From: Yuukianura sp. NJ FZ-2021
Lineage: Eukaryota
Assembly (NCBI GenBank): GCA_046563655.1
Contig: CM102289.1
Coordinates: 7,316,001 to 7,380,000, forward strand
Length of the DNA stretch: 64,000 bases
Reading direction: 5' to 3'
Part shown: piece after piece, positions 49,699 through 64,000 of the stretch
Layout of the letters: every line of letters begins with the position of its first letter
Numbering within the stretch: the first letter of the stretch is position 1
Notes under the pieces: generated by a model
Database searches by the model: none
What the model was told of the DNA's origin: nothing
What the model saw: the letters and a program-made list of their open reading frames with translations, nothing else
Program-made: the position numbers and the translations under genes

Positions 49699-52600
49699 AT
49701 GGAGAAGAACTTCTTCCTCCTTGTCATCCTCTCTATTGTCTCGGCAGTTACTCAAGGTAAGCCTAACTTCTCAAAATCTAGTGCCATATTTCAAAATTTC
49801 CCGCGTTGTCATGTTCATTTGCACCTAAGCAAACACTTTTAAGTCAATTAAAGTGTCTACTTCTGATGTAAATTCGCAGTTTACGTTTACTTTCAAAATT
49901 TAAAACACTTTTGGGTGTAACTCCTGTCGCGTAATTTTAGTTGCGCAGTTAAAATCGAAACAATTTAACAAGTTTGCTCAGCAAACAAAATTTGCATTTT
50001 GGAAAAACAGCGTCACTTGCTACATCTAAGACATTTGAAATTTGAGTATATAGATGTTCAAGAATTGTTTTTTTTGAAATTCAGAAAAACAGTTTTTACC
50101 GAAATAAAATTGGCACTTTTTCTATGAACTGAGAAAGAAGCTTAATCTTACGCAGGATGTTGCAGAGAAATGGCAAAAGGGTGAATACGATGAATCTGAT
50201 TTTCGTGTTTTTTCTTTCGTTTTCTGAAAAAAAAACTAGTTTTTCTTATTCTGCTCTGCACTTCACTTCCTGGTTGTTTTTTCTTCTTCTTGTTTCGGAA
50301 TATAAATCGGCTCAAAAAGGGAGCTTTCTTTTTCAAAAAGAAGCTTTTGTTATTTTCTAAATCCAAAATAGTATACAAAATCAATGGGAAAGAACTGAGC
50401 TTTTGGGAGTTAGAAAACTTAAGTTGATGAAAAAAGGAATGACATTTTCAAAAAAAGAGGAAAATTTTCAAGCAAGGCTTTTGGATTTCCAGAAACTAAA
50501 AGACTTTTTGTTGTTATTCATCCCCAAAGAATCATTCTCCAGTAATTTTTGCACAAACTATACAAACCATACCAGTTTCACCACGTTTTTGCAAACAGGC
50601 TTGCTTTTTTTTGCATTTTACAAAAAAAATTGTAGTTCACTAGTTTATAGTGATGGTTTCTTTTTTTCTTTTGTCATTGTTGACTGATTCTGCCAAAGTT
50701 ACAACTCAAGGTCACAAGACTGGCTAAAGGTAGAAGACGAGTCACCTCCAAACTTGGGAACCTTTTGCATAGAAAACTTACTCAAAAACTAGTTTTTTTG
50801 CACAAGTTGACTTACGATTATGGCAGAAGGTGGGTTAGCCTCTGGTGGTGAATATCCAGGCAGTAGTGACTAAAGTTATTGGATTTGCATGTTTGAAGAA
50901 GTTGGCTTACTTTCTTGTTACGTTATGTTTCTGTTAGGTTTTCGGAAAAGGAAGTGCGAATGTGCATTGAAGCCACGGTCGCTTTCACTCCAGGGGCTTT
51001 AATATACAAACCCATTAACAAGACTCTCCTTTTCCTGAAAGGAGAAAGTAATCTACGTGGATTTTCGTATTAAACAGAGTTTTGGATTAGGAACATAAAG
51101 TATGGAGGCCCACGCCCTAACCTACTAACGTAGTGCTTTCACTCCACCTTACCCAAAACCTACCCTAGGTTAGGTGCTTTCACCTTTAATAAGAACTGGA
51201 GTTCCTTCGACTAATTTCTACTGGCGGGATACTTTGAACCTCTCATGTTGTGTTCTATTATATTTTAGAAAAGGATTTCAGAAGTTCCGCAGAAGCTATG
51301 AGGGGCTTCTACTCCGTTTTTAATGGTTATTTTCCAAGTGTTTTAAACTTGCTTTCTAAGAGAATTAAATGTGGCCACGGATAAGCTAGATGGTGGTAGC
51401 GGTGTGAAACCAAAAAGAGGATATCCTCAATCACTCCAAAACTTTCACTGCAAACCGTTTTCTGCTCGGTTTAGTGAAAATGTCAAATTTAAATGAAATT
51501 GCGCTCTCTCAAAGTGTCAGTTTTCCGAATTTTAAATCCAAGATATCTAGAATAACAAAATTTAATACAATAATTTAATACAATAATGACAAGTCCCAGT
51601 TTACGCTCAAAAATTTACCGAAGGGTTTAGATTCAAATTTTAAATTTAGACTTTTGAGTTGACGTTAGAATAGAAACCTTTGATGGAAAATTCAAAAATG
51701 TTAGAGAAGTTTTTTTCTCAGAATGGAAACTTAGCCCTCTGAAAATGAGGATATCCTCAAACTTCAACATGAACTCTGGTGTTTTATGAGACTTATGTGG
51801 TTGCAGATGAGTTTTTTGGAGAAAGGGTATTAAAGCAGAAGCTTTGTTTGGAGGGGGTGGTTCCATGCTGAGAAATTGCATAATTCAAGTCATCTTAGAA
51901 GAAAGTAGTTTATAGCTCGTAAGGCTCGAAAGTGGGTTGGAAATATCCTTAGATTCTAAATGAAATTACGGATCTCAGTGTCTCTTTTCTTTTGCCAAAA
52001 CTTCATTTTCCTAAAGCTATACCGTGGTTTTAAATTTCATTCTTCTTTCAACCTTTAGTCAAAGTAAGAACAATGGAACAAGGTGGAGCAATAGTCATGG
52101 GGCTGCATTCAGCAGTTGGCTTTTGTTCTGGTCCAATTTTTGTGTCACGGGAAGAAAGGAGTGAAAGTCGAATTCAGTGTTCTGAATGATCCAATTGCAT
52201 GTCTCGGAAGCATTCAACTGAACTCATCATTCCTTTCTGCCCAAATTCCTTTTGTTCCCGCCCAGCACCGTCTGGAGAAAGTCAAATACAAAATCATACG
52301 AAACGCGCTTTTCCAAAAACAGTCCGAAATGTAAAAAAAATCAATCCAACTAAAATAGTTCAAACCCTAACGCCAAAATATTCAAACCAACATTTTACTG
52401 TCATTAATAACGCCGCTTTCTGCGTGTTTCAAATTTGACTTTTAACGTTTAGCTTTTGGCGCTGTGAAGTTCAGCCGTTTATGAAATATGATGGATTTCA
52501 TTCATTACTCGATTAAATTTTTCATTTTTAGCTTGCTTATTTTGGAAATCTAAAACTTTCTTTAACTTTACAAAATCTTAGCTAAAAGTAGAAAACGTGT

Positions 52601-55600
52601 AAACACAGAAGGGAGATGTGCGTCATTGGTGTTGGGCATGCGCATTGCACCATAATAGTCGTAAGGTACCACCAGGCTCTAGCTCTTCCCTAACCTTGTT
52701 ATATTTTTAACAAATCATAAAAAACGTCTGAGTTTCGCATTACGGTTTTGCATGTCTAATTTTTTTTGCCATTCCCTGTTCACAGTCAGTCAGCTTCATG
52801 ATTTTTCTTGGAAGGAAAATAAATGTCAAAAAGCTACGAGTTTTATTGTTAGAATTTCCTTGAAGTCGTTTACTCTTTTTTGTGCTCCGCCAATTTGCAA
52901 CTAACTGCTAGTATTATGTACCTCCTAAGCATTTCGATTCTGCGTAGTTTCACAATAGTTCATAAGGAGGATTAGAATTAATTTGCAATTTTTGTCTGTT
53001 TATTTGTTTGTGCAAAACTGCGAAATTTGCCGTTAACTAAAATTAGCATAAAAGGAAGATGGTGCAGAGTTAGTTATAACAAGGGGGATGCGTTTACCTT
53101 GAACAGAAAAAAATCCTCCGTGTTGACTTGTTTTGTAAACAGCATCATATGTGTGTCAAATACATGGAAGATGAACCAGAATTGAATTGAATTAGTAATG
53201 AAACCTCATGGAGGAAGATTTGTGGCCATGTCCAAATTTTGGTGCTTAAAAATTCAAATTTTCGTGCCCTTCCTTATTAGAATCCAGGCGACCATTACCT
53301 TGTAAAATGCCTTTCAGGTATATAAGCTTTATTTGCAAACTTTAGCACCTTAGAAGATCATTTCGGCCAGGAAATTAGTCACTAACTCAATTCAACCTCC
53401 CAGTCCCTCATCGCCTATAGTTAGAAAGAATATGGTTATTGCATAAGATGAGCCAACCTTAGCCCTAATAGGTTAGTTAGCATTAGTTAACTAATTATGC
53501 TAACTGACTTAAATTACTTCATTTGGAGTGGGAATGAGGGAGTTAAGGGGAGAAATGAAACATTTTATCTCCTTTTCCGGAAGTAGCCTATTCTGGCTTT
53601 CTCAGATGAAAATGATTGAGTCTGCGCAGATTTCATTTCCGTTTTGATCTTCTTGTTTTTTGGTTATGAAGAGCATAAATTTCGGTTTTAATGTTGTCAT
53701 TTGTGCAACTGCGGAAAGTAACGTCCCTCTTGGCAATGGCTAATTAGATACACTGGGGACACTGCTGCATAAGGAAGTTCCTGCTCTTGAATTAATGGAT
53801 CCAATGGGCATCTACACTAACCTAACTAACCTAAAAGCAGAAGAAGAATGGAGGGAATTTTGAAAATTCTCCTGGAGAAAGCAATGGCTGTTCCTAATGG
53901 GTCCCATTTAACTGTCTTGATCTTGGCGTAAAAGCACATGGGACTTTTGGTCCAAGGAGCAGCGTCCTGCTCAAGTGCTTTTTCTTTGAGAGATCTCAGC
54001 CAGATTTTAGCCTTGGAAGAAACGTTGTCGACCATTAAGGCTAGGTAAACCTTGGCCTAACATTTTACCTAAGCTAACATTACCACCTCCCCTGGAAGTC
54101 ACGTACAGATGGAAGATGAAGATGAGCTTTGATTAACTAATCAGGAAGATGAGGGTATCATCTATTCAGGGCCGGCAGGGGCATTGACCTCATCTTCCGC
54201 GCTCTTTTTCAGATCTTTCAAACTTTCAAAGGCGCTTGTTTGTTTTTGAACTGAAGTTAGGAAGTAGACGCAGATTTGTTTGAGGATGAAGCTCTTTCTT
54301 TTCAAAAGATTTTTCAAAAAGGGATTCAGATTTCAAGGAGATTTTGAAAAAAAGAAAACAAGGCGTAGAGTTGGGCCTAATAACAGGATGAAATGGCCCT
54401 GAATGCATACAGAGAGAAGCTTTGATGGTTCCCAAGGAGGAATATCGGGAGGGCATTGATCCGAAATCAATGGAAGACAGGGAAAGGGCTATGCATCAGT
54501 TCCCGTTATGATCTGTCTAGCTTATTATCATGCTGTACGCAATTAACCTTGGACGTTCTCAAGTTCACAACAAACGAATCCCACAAGGTTCAAAGTCATT
54601 TGAAAGGGAAAACATTGTGGTGGTTCATAAATAAGCAATGGGCCAACAATAAAACTCGTAATAAGTTGACAACAAAGTCTCATGAATGAACACAATTACA
54701 ATCATTTTTTAAAGTGACATGTACCGTATGGTCACTTTTTTAAACAAAAACACTTCAACTGTAAAGAAAATTTGTTACCATTGTTAACACAATACGTATA
54801 CTTTAATTCTAGAAATTCAAAATACAAAGGACAAATTCAAATCTGCCAATTTTTTGAACACTTACATTTTTTAAGCAAATTCTTAAATTTTGTACTAAGT
54901 TTTTTCTTCAAAATCGTCAAAATTGAACATTTAGCCAAAACTCCAATTTTTCGGACAACCTTGTGCATAGTTTTCTTCAGCAATGGAATTTAGCCTGAAA
55001 TATGTCAAGGACAGGAGACGTTTGGCGGCACTTTTTAAAACAATTTTGGCAAGGTCGACAGAAGTATTAACGTTTTGGCAAGGTTTTGGTAAAGACAAAG
55101 TTAAGACCTAAGTTCAAACTGCTGACTTTGTACAAGCTTGACCTTCCTATAAATCTATCACCAGACTATCACATTTCACATATCGCATTCCACAAGCCAC
55201 AACATAACCTTACCTTGACCAATTGTCTTTTGTGTGCTGCTAAACGTTTCTTACATGTGTTAAAACTTAAAACTGTGTTAAATTACCATCCCATTAGCAT
55301 TCACTTTTAAAAGTTCCCTCCAAAAATTGAATTCAGTTTAAGTTAATGAGTGTCACCTTTCTTTAGTTTCCAATTTTCAGTTGAGCGTGACCCAGAGGGC
55401 GCTGATTTAATACGAAAGTAACGAAAATGTTGTAGTTCAGAAAATTAGTTTTTTTTTTCTAAAAAAAATTTTTGGGAACCTTTAATAAGGGAAATGGAAA
55501 AAAAAATAGCTTTTTTGAAGAGAGGGAGAGAAAGTGAGGAAAGTTCAAATAATGGGTGGGAGGATTTATGATGATAAGCAGGCCTTGTGCTTTGGCGGTG

Positions 55601-58600
55601 CTTCTCACGAGTTTTTCTAGATGGATTTCTTTTTGCGTGGTAGAAAGCGCCGGAAAAAGTTCCAAAGCTAGAGAAATGATGATGCATGATTTCGATATGT
55701 CTGGCAAAGAGTCAGTTTTAGCCTCAAGGTTTCCAACATAACCACCAAACTACCCCACCCTAGAGATCACATCAACCCAAGTTAAGCAACTTTCACTCCG
55801 CCCCAATCTAAACTTTCACTTCCACAACATATTACTTCTACTATATAAATAAATTGTTATAATAAATAAAACTTCTGGAAACGTACTTGGTTGAGAATTC
55901 TGGAAGGAATCGAATAACTGAAGCATTTAGTTTTGTAAAAGTTCTTGCAGGAGTCTTCTGATATTTGCTTTCACTTTTTTCGAAATTCCTAAAATGGTTA
56001 TGAAAATATTGAAAAATTGAAAAGTTGAAGAGTTATGAAAGTTCAAAGCAACTTATGACTCGAATTCTTTTTTTTGAATAAGTATAAAGCCGGGGTAGCA
56101 TATTAAATTGCGAAAATTGTTTACCATCTCAAGGCTTTTTTGCAATTTTCTTTTGACGTAACGACTCACTCAAGCATCGCATTTTAGTTTTTTGAGACGT
56201 ATGACTAGGACAAACTTCAAAGACGACAGTGATATACAACAAGTTATTAGTAGCTATCGGCCAATTTTGAAACTTGAAAACATAAATTTTTGAATTTTTG
56301 TTGAATTTTAGGAGAGCAGCCACCTCCCTCAACAACGCCGGTCATGCATGACTTACCGCACGCTCCAGTCATTGTTGGTGAAGGTCAAAACGCCGTTTTG
56401 ACTTGCATAGTGCGCAACCTTGGAAATTCGTCAGTCGTCTGGAAAAAATGGGAAAGTGGAAAGCAAGGAGCCAAAATTTTGACGGCCAATGAAGTCCGTG
56501 TTACTTCTGACAAGCGGATGCAAGTCATTCATGACGAAGGTACGTTTTTCAAAATTCAAAATTGTAAATTTCTTTTGGAAATGAGCAATTTTGAAGCTAA
56601 AGTGTCTAGTAAAGTAATTACAAATTGGAAGTTCGTTTCCGTCAGTTCATAAATTGTGCAGTTGATGATTTATTAATTTATGATTTATGACACTGCAGAA
56701 ACGATGCCATGCATGGAGCCTTTTCTACTTTGTAGTATTTTGGAACTTTGTTATGTTATGGTTTATGGCGGGAGCTAAGCGGAAATTGATGACATAAATT
56801 CCCAGTAGAGAGTTTTGGAAATGGGTTCCCCCGTTCTCCATTTCCCGCCTTTATTCAAGCTCACTTCCGCCATATTTGAATGATGCTGGAGAGCACCCGC
56901 GTAGTATTTTGACTCGTGACAGGCGGAAGGGAGTCTCTCCCTGTCTCCTTAACGCTGAATTAAACAAACCGACAAGCTCTCTCCTCTCTTTTACTTCAGG
57001 TGACAATGTCATTGGTTGTAGAAGATGTTTCAAATTTAAATTTACGCGCGTTTTGTGCTAATGGAATGACGTGGAAGTTTGATGTGGTGGAGAGTAGTAC
57101 TTGTTAGGGAAATGACGTATGAAAAAGTTAACGCTTCGTGTGATATTTTGTTTAAAATAGGTGGCGATGTCTGGGTACTTGCGATTGGGTATACACAACC
57201 CTCCGATACTGGATCGTACATTTGTGAAATCAATTCAACACCGCCACTACGATCCTTTCATAACTTGACAGGTAACTAATTTCAAAATTTCAAAAAAAGT
57301 CTTTTTTAAAAATTATTTTTAAATTTTATTTTAGTCATATCAACCAGTATCAGCCTACCGGAGGAGGACGTAGTGCCAAGCTTCACGGATTCCGACTTTT
57401 CATTTGGAGAGTTCAGGCATAGCTACAAGGTTAGTCAAAGTATTTTTTGACAAGTCAAGTTTAGCTAGGTTAATCCAAAAATGCTTGTGCAAATAGATTT
57501 TTTGGAGCTATACGACAAACTGTCAGGAGTCATGAGAAGTTAAACTTTTCAAAAGGTTAAGCGTCAATCAAAAACAAACGCCTACGATAACTCAATAATC
57601 TTTACGATATTATAAAACTAAAAAAAATTGCCAAAATAGATTTGGAAAAAAAAATTCCGTAATTTTATTAAGATCAAAGATGCATATAATATGCATGGCA
57701 CAAATTGAAGTCAAGTTATTCTGGATCACGCTGAACTTTCTTTTCCGCTTTTTGATGACTACATAAGTTCAAGTTTGACGCAAACGAGGGGGACATGTTT
57801 ATGAATAAGGCCAATTTAGAACAATTTTGTTTACATGTGATTTGGCTAATGAGATGCGTTTCTTGTGTGCTTGGAGGGTGCCTTTTTGGAAAATAATAAG
57901 TTTGAACTAAGTCTAGAAAGTAAACTGTTTTTTTTACAAAGAATTTTTGAATTTCTCCTATTTTTTTAAATTTCCATTTTTTTGAATTTTAGGGACTTGG
58001 TTCTGTGATGAGTCACAACTACACAGACTGCTGCTTGCGTAAAAATGTATCAACGGCGTGTCTCGGATTTTGCACTTTGAAAACAATTTTGGATGGAACA
58101 ACAGGAGAACCAAATGTGTGTGAAAATGATTTCCCCAGAATCGTTTCCTGTATGGCAGGTAAGCAAAAAGTTTTTGAAATTCCTTTCTAAATTCTTTTTC
58201 GAAAACGTGTCTACAGCAGCATAAGAATTCTAGAGAAAGTTTTTTTTTGAGAATCAGAATGTCAATTTAACTTTATAACTTGTTCCATTTCATCCAATTT
58301 ATTTTCTCATGACTGGCTTCCAAAACTTTATTTCTATTATGAACACATCAGCATTCCAAAGACTTCCAAAATCTTTGCCTTTTTGAAATTCACTCAGATT
58401 TAGAAAAAAAGTCTCTTAAGAAGTTTATACCGGATGGAAAAAGTCAAATTTTGAATTATGCTCTCTTTTTTTTTGAAAAAATCAATTCTTTCAATTTCCA
58501 TATAAAGTTATTGAAATCAGTTTAATTTCCGAAACTCATATATTTTACTCTCAAAATTTTGGAAAAATGAAAAGAAATGGTTTCTGAGGTGGATAAAGTG

Positions 58601-61600
58601 AAAGTTGTGGGATGTTTTTGAGACTTTCAGGAGCAGAAGCCTTTTACTTTCCTTTTGTGTAATAAATCTTGATGTTGTTTTTTTGTTGTTTTGAAGATGG
58701 GAGAGATCATGTGCCGTGTTGTATCCGAGAGGGGATACCGGACTTATGTCAGGATTTGTGTCGTGGGGAGTACACACTCGTTACGGATAATGTCAAAACA
58801 CATTTCTCCTGCCCCTCGCATATCGAAAACACGTTGAGCTGCATTGCCGACGGAGTGGGTAAGAAATGCTTTCACCAAACTTTCATTTTTCCCTACAAAA
58901 AAAAAACCTGTTACAAATAACACAAACGAAGGTCAGATAGACGAAAACATAAAAACAGAAAGAAAAAAAAACAGACAGACAAAAAGAAAGTAAGAAACTC
59001 GAAGACATTCTTTCATAACTTCGAGTAATTTTTTCAAATGCTTTCTTTTGATTTTGCTCTGACTTTTTTTTAAATTTTATTTCGAAATTATTGCGACTTG
59101 CAGCCTTTGTGAATTTCAGACAAAAGCGAAATGAATTGGGGTTGATCAGTACTAAAAGTAAACATTTCATTTTCAATTTTGGATTTTTTTTTGTTATTGT
59201 GGACCGTATTGTACACAATGGTATTGAATTACCGACAACCTAACCCGGCGTCTTGTTATGTTCATAATTGATAGCCAAGACTGTATTATTTACCAAAAGC
59301 ACCGAGTTAGAAAATCAGAAAGTAATTGAATCCACTCAAAAAAGCTTGTACGGGGGTTGCTAAAAAGAAGAAAACACGAAAAACTAAAAGTAAAAAGTGA
59401 TTTTCCTTTTCAGCAAGTAGTGGCAATATTTGCGGTTTCATATTTTTATTGAAGCAAATATTGGACAAAACTTGAAAAAAATATGAAAAAATGTAATAGC
59501 GTCCTTGTCCTCTAATTTTATCAAACGCTACACGCTTTGGCAGAGAAAAAGTGGGGGAAGATTTGAAAAAAAAAGAAAGTTGTCAAACGGAAACAGTTTT
59601 CTAGCCAGGCATCATCTGTTCCCCTGGACAAGAAAATGGAAAATTGGACAAAAGCAAAGACCCATACACACAACCATGCAATGGGAGGCAGACGGAGAAC
59701 AATTTCAATTTCCTGTACTTTTCAAAGAGAGAAAGTCTCAATTTTCCCCAATGTGGCCAAAAGACTTTTCCCTTGTCCAGAAGTTTCAACTGTCACTTCA
59801 CTTTTTTCTTGTTTTTGTGTTTAGAAATTCTTCCAAGTGAACCACTAGATGTTGATGTCGTAGCCATCTCTCCGACGTCTATTAATGTCACGTGGTCAAC
59901 TCCACTTCAAAATGGTGACACGCTTACAGAATACGTTGTGAATGTCACCAAGCTAAGGTCGTTTGATGCTCCCTACGTGGGACTTGGCTATGGATCTGAA
60001 GACAGTTTGTCTTCATCAGCTTCATCTTCATCCTCACCAGAATCCACTTCAGAAGACCAAAAAAGCCCGGGAAATGAACATGCAAATTTAAACGATTCTT
60101 ACATTCAAGCCCACGCAGCTTCCAGGCTTAGCCGAAACATGACCGGTGGAGCAACAGTGACGCCACCTAGCGACCAAGAAGAAACGGCCGAAGACAAAGT
60201 TGAAGCAAAAATGATGCAGGTCAAAGTTCACCCTGACTTGACCTCTGTCGTTCTCAAGGACTTATTGCCGTTCACAATGTATGAAATCAGCGTCCGGGCA
60301 TTCAATATCCACGGTCGGTCACTTCCATCAGTCCGCGTGAGGTCATTGACCCTTGCCCCGGGCACTACCCGCCCTGACACGACCGGGCCACAACCGAAAC
60401 TTCCAGACACTAAAGGATGCTGTGAAACTAACGGAATCAACTCTCCTATGTAAGTTTTTTTTAAATTAAAGTTTACAGGAAAGCGCTGTTTTGTTTTTGA
60501 ATTTCCCGCTCTTTAAAATGAATTTAGTAAGAGAACGAGGCAGAGAATTTTCAAATTAAAACTTTACGCGCCAGAACATGTTAGAAAACATTTTTGTTGA
60601 TGAGATTTTCTTAGATTCTTTAGGACGTGCCCCTCTCTTATACGAAATCTTAAAAGCGCACGGCTTTTCGTTGTTTTCAAAATGTAAAACTTTCAGCACA
60701 CATTGTTTTCTAATTAGTTTCTTAAAAAACTGTTTAATTAGTTTTTCAAAGTATTCGCAGGCCGTCAATTTTCTTAAACTTCCGGATTGAAATCAATTAC
60801 CATCTATTGTTTTCTTTAGAAGACTGACACATGGGTAGGGCGTGCCGCGAATTTCAAAGTTTTCATTTTGGTCAGTTCAAAACCTCCAGCGCTCCTAAAT
60901 GCCAACGTATCTAAAGGGGAAATTCGCAGTTTGTATTTTTTTGTTCAAAAAACCCGCTTGTCCGGAAAGGCTACCATAAAAAGCTCTTCGGACACAAACG
61001 ATTGGACAAGAGCTGAATTTTAAGTTGGCGGGTTCCAATGTTTTTTGAAAAAAAAAAAAATATATGTTTCTCTTGTGACTTTTCTTCGGTTGGACACGGG
61101 TAGAAAGAGAAAGTGAAAATAAATATAAAATAGATTTTAGCCACCAAAGTCTTCCAACCGCACCGCTGCCTGTTCCACACCGACTTTCTTTAGTTTTAGC
61201 TTTTTCGAGCGCACCTTGGTGGGAGACAAGGTTTACAGACTTTGATTTTCTTTAACAGGTTGGGTAATACCTTATGTTTCTTTTTTGAATTTGCAAAAAA
61301 AAAGTGTCTTTTTATTTCAGGGCATCGTAGTCAAAATAATACAGCCGAATTCTTGAAATTTTTCATCAAATTGGTAGAAATTTTTCGGAATGCTACCAAT
61401 TTTTGTTTTTGTTTTTTTGTTTTTCGTTTTTCTGTCAACAAGCGAGGTAGTACTCAACCTGTTAAAGAAAATTAACTTTTCGTGGTCAAGGAACCTTGCT
61501 AGGGTCGCTGGCGTTTTTCCCGTTTTTCTGTCAAGAGCGGGGTAGCACCCAACCTGTTAAAGAAAATTAACTTTTCGTTGTGAATGAACCTTGGCAGGGT

Positions 61601-63877
61601 CGCAGGAGAAAAGCAGTAAAAAAAATCTATAACGGTAAGGGCACACGGGGTGACAATAATGGGCGGCAGGTAGGCTCAACTAGGCGAAAGAGAAAGCACC
61701 GAAGAGAAATAATGACAAGGTGTATTATGGTTATATTTCTTTTTCACAGTTTTTTTTTCTTTTTTCACGGTTTTTCAAGGTGCGTGACCAAACTATGTGA
61801 TGCGAAGGGGACCGCGGATTTGGAAATACCTGATCTCATGATTTGTGCCGTCCATGCTCCTACGGCATTCACATGCCTTGCAAACGGCATTGACCATACA
61901 CCATGCTGTCGCCAACGTGGCATTCCATCACCATGTACAGACTTGTGCGCCGCAAATTTTACTGCTCGGCTTGACTTTCACTACTTCAAGTAAGTCCTTT
62001 GTAGTCTGGTTTGCCCTCCAGCTCTTTTTTCAAAATTTCGAAAACAACTTTCGTCAATATACACTTCATAACCAAACTAGAGCGCTGCTTGCGTTCTAAA
62101 CGCCTCCAGGCATAAACTTTGTTGTCTAAAATAGAAATCCTTATTTACAAATTTTGAGTTGTAACGAAACACGACACAAGTTGAATGGAGCCCTTCAAAA
62201 ACTTTTGGCGCTCCTATAGTCAAAACCTTGAAATTTTGAAAATCTAAGTCCTGACACTTTGATCTTCCAAAGTCTTTACAAATTAGGTTATTAAGGCTTA
62301 GGCTCTGGAAGGGACTGAACGCAACTAATTTGACGTAGCTCATATGTCACAAGACTCGGAGATTTACACTGTGCGTGTGTTATGCTGAAGGGCCCTTGAC
62401 ACGATGCTCAAGGGACGCACATATGGAGAGATGAGGTAGATGAAAGGAAGAGGAAATAGAATGAAGGTGAATCTGGGATAACGAACCCCCTTCGTAATTG
62501 CATTTCACTTTCATCTTCTTCATTTTGGGCTTTCACTCCCTTAGTTCCCTTAGATCTTGTCCTTATATTCATCTTCCAACGAAAAGCGAGCCGAAGAAAA
62601 GATGGCAAATCTAGGAAAGTTTGCGCTTCACAAAGAATCGGACTTGATTTAAATTATTGACATTTTGTATTAACAATTCAATTTCTTCGGTTCCGTGGTT
62701 CCACGGCGTAGCTTTATATTTTCAAGTTAGGTTTTGCAAGCTTTTACAAGGTTTGAACGAGGCATTCAAGTTATTAGGTTTTCTCCAAATTTCAACCAGA
62801 TTTTGCAATTTAACGCTAGGCTGTGTCTGTCGTTATGTTTCACCAAAATTGTTTCCAAAAAAAATGTCAATCAGCTTTAGTAAATTTCTGTTAAATTTTG
62901 CGATTTTGCTTGAATTATGGATAGCATGAAGTCAAGTCAAGCATAACAAATTTCTGTCAACTTTTTTCAATTTTGGTTGGATTCTGTTTAGTATGAAGTG
63001 ATGCTTATCAAATTTGATGCGATGCTTAGATTATGAATAGCATGAACTCAGGCGTAACAAATTTTTGTAAAATTTCAGAATTTTGCTTATATACAGAATG
63101 TTAGCAAGTTTCAATTTTCCAAATTGCAAGTTAGTTTATGTTGAATTAATATGCATAAACTTATGTTTTTCAGATGTCTAAAACATATGTCAACGTACAG
63201 TAGTTGTGTCATGGAAGGCTATGGAGTTCTACCCTCAGCTCCACGATCTCTCAGAGTGTCGAGTGTACAAGAAGACTTTGCCATTGTTCACTGGACTCCG
63301 CCTGCCAAGTTGGCAAGTTCTGTCAAGGGCTACAACATTCACTACCGCCCTCTGGCGACATACGAAGCCGAGTATCACGTCGTCGGGAATGTCCACTCTC
63401 CCTACATTCTTGAAAAATTGTACGACAATGCTGAGTATGAGGTAACAGAGACAAAAGATCTTAAGAAACTTTCTTCTTTCTTTTATAGAAATTATAAATT
63501 GAAGCCTCTGAGAAGCTTTTAGAAGATACTCCATTATTAAACCACCGAAAAAAAGTTTTTCTGGTGGTTCTTCACAAGTCACTTTCAGTTTTCTACTTTT
63601 GTTTTGGAAAAAAAGTTTTCTCGAAAAAGTTTTTTTCTTGCTTTTTGGTGCCCTGCTCAAACTTGAACAAACTGGAAGTTTAGACCCCAAAAAGCCACTT
63701 GACTTGTCGTTGTTCAAATTTTGTTGTTCTGTGTAGGTCTATGTGGAGGCTCTTAATGAACACGGTGCAAGCCAACCGTCGCAGCGTGTGGTTTTCCGGA
63801 CGGAGTCTATGCATCTTGCAACGGCTGAACTAGAAGCAGAGTCGACGAGCTACAATGAAACAGCCTGTTGTGAGAAA
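49699..63877 (+). CDS. Ig-like, fibronectin type III and DB-module domain protein (igdb/CG17839-like); 3' end beyond window
   Basis: Signal exon MEKNFFLLVILSIVSAVTQG (49699-49756). Further exons at ~56312-56539 and 57161-57271 (Ig: LTCIV, VVWKK, DTGSYICEIN), 57334-57429, 57993-58158 and 58697-58858 (DB modules NYTDCC, DGRDHVPCC), 59825-60449 (FN3), 61780-61989 (DB), 63174-63441 and 63737-63877 (FN3). Confidence 0.88.
61425..61603. repeat. Intronic 96-bp-period tandem duplication, with an inverted partial copy at ~61245-61272
   Basis: cgtttttctgtcaa...caacctgttaaagaaaattaacttttcgt...gaaccttg..agggtcgc occurs at 61425 and 61521. The upstream attttctttaacaggttgggta is the reverse complement of the core. 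Confidence 0.75.
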
Positions 63878-64000
63878 GTATGAAAATAGTACAACTTTAT
63901 TATGATGTACACTAAAAGTTAGGGACTACAAAGTTTCAACAACAAAAGGAACAATTAAGTCCATGCTTTCTCCACTTTCTTTGTTCTTTTTACGACAAAC

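Noticed and set aside
39800..56300. Numerous 60-120 aa ORFs in the large introns and the divergent intergenic region
   Set aside because: They are F/K/L/I-rich translations of AT-rich DNA with no domain motifs or coherent splice structure. Only the two signal-peptide exons are supported.
62880..63090. Degenerate ~55-60 bp tandem repeat (atagcatgaa...taacaaattt)
   Set aside because: Too decayed and AT-rich to define units or assign a function.

Overview
Compact, AT-rich eukaryotic (animal) genomic DNA with many 60-90 nt introns. The gene content suggests an arthropod, possibly a springtail; that taxon is a guess, not shown by the sequence. I rebuilt the exon structures by hand from GT/GC-AG sites and reading-frame continuity. 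Left to right: an 849-aa GPCR joining an LRR-like ectodomain to an FMRFamide/sex-peptide-receptor-type 7TM; a secreted 12-repeat Cys-rich protein; a double-C2 protein; an SLC26 anion transporter; a His-rich secreted protein; and a tandem array of small membrane proteins that I do not recognise (5 intact copies and 3 broken ones at 12.4-18.9 kb, plus a diverged copy at 24 kb). These proteins have an N-terminal TM helix, a 6-Cys domain and a hydrophobic C-terminal tail. Next come a UDP-glycosyltransferase, TFIIH p52, a GH13 maltase, a SPRY+META-like gene with an intronless CDS, three tandem 5S rRNA genes, a MYND-SET gene, a Cad89D-like cadherin and an Ig/FN3/DB-module gene that runs off the right edge. 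Two MITE-like elements are visible. The best candidates for an undescribed system are the tandem 6-Cys membrane-protein family, the LRR-peptide-GPCR fusion and the SPRY-META fusion. No database searches were run; family names rest on remembered motifs.
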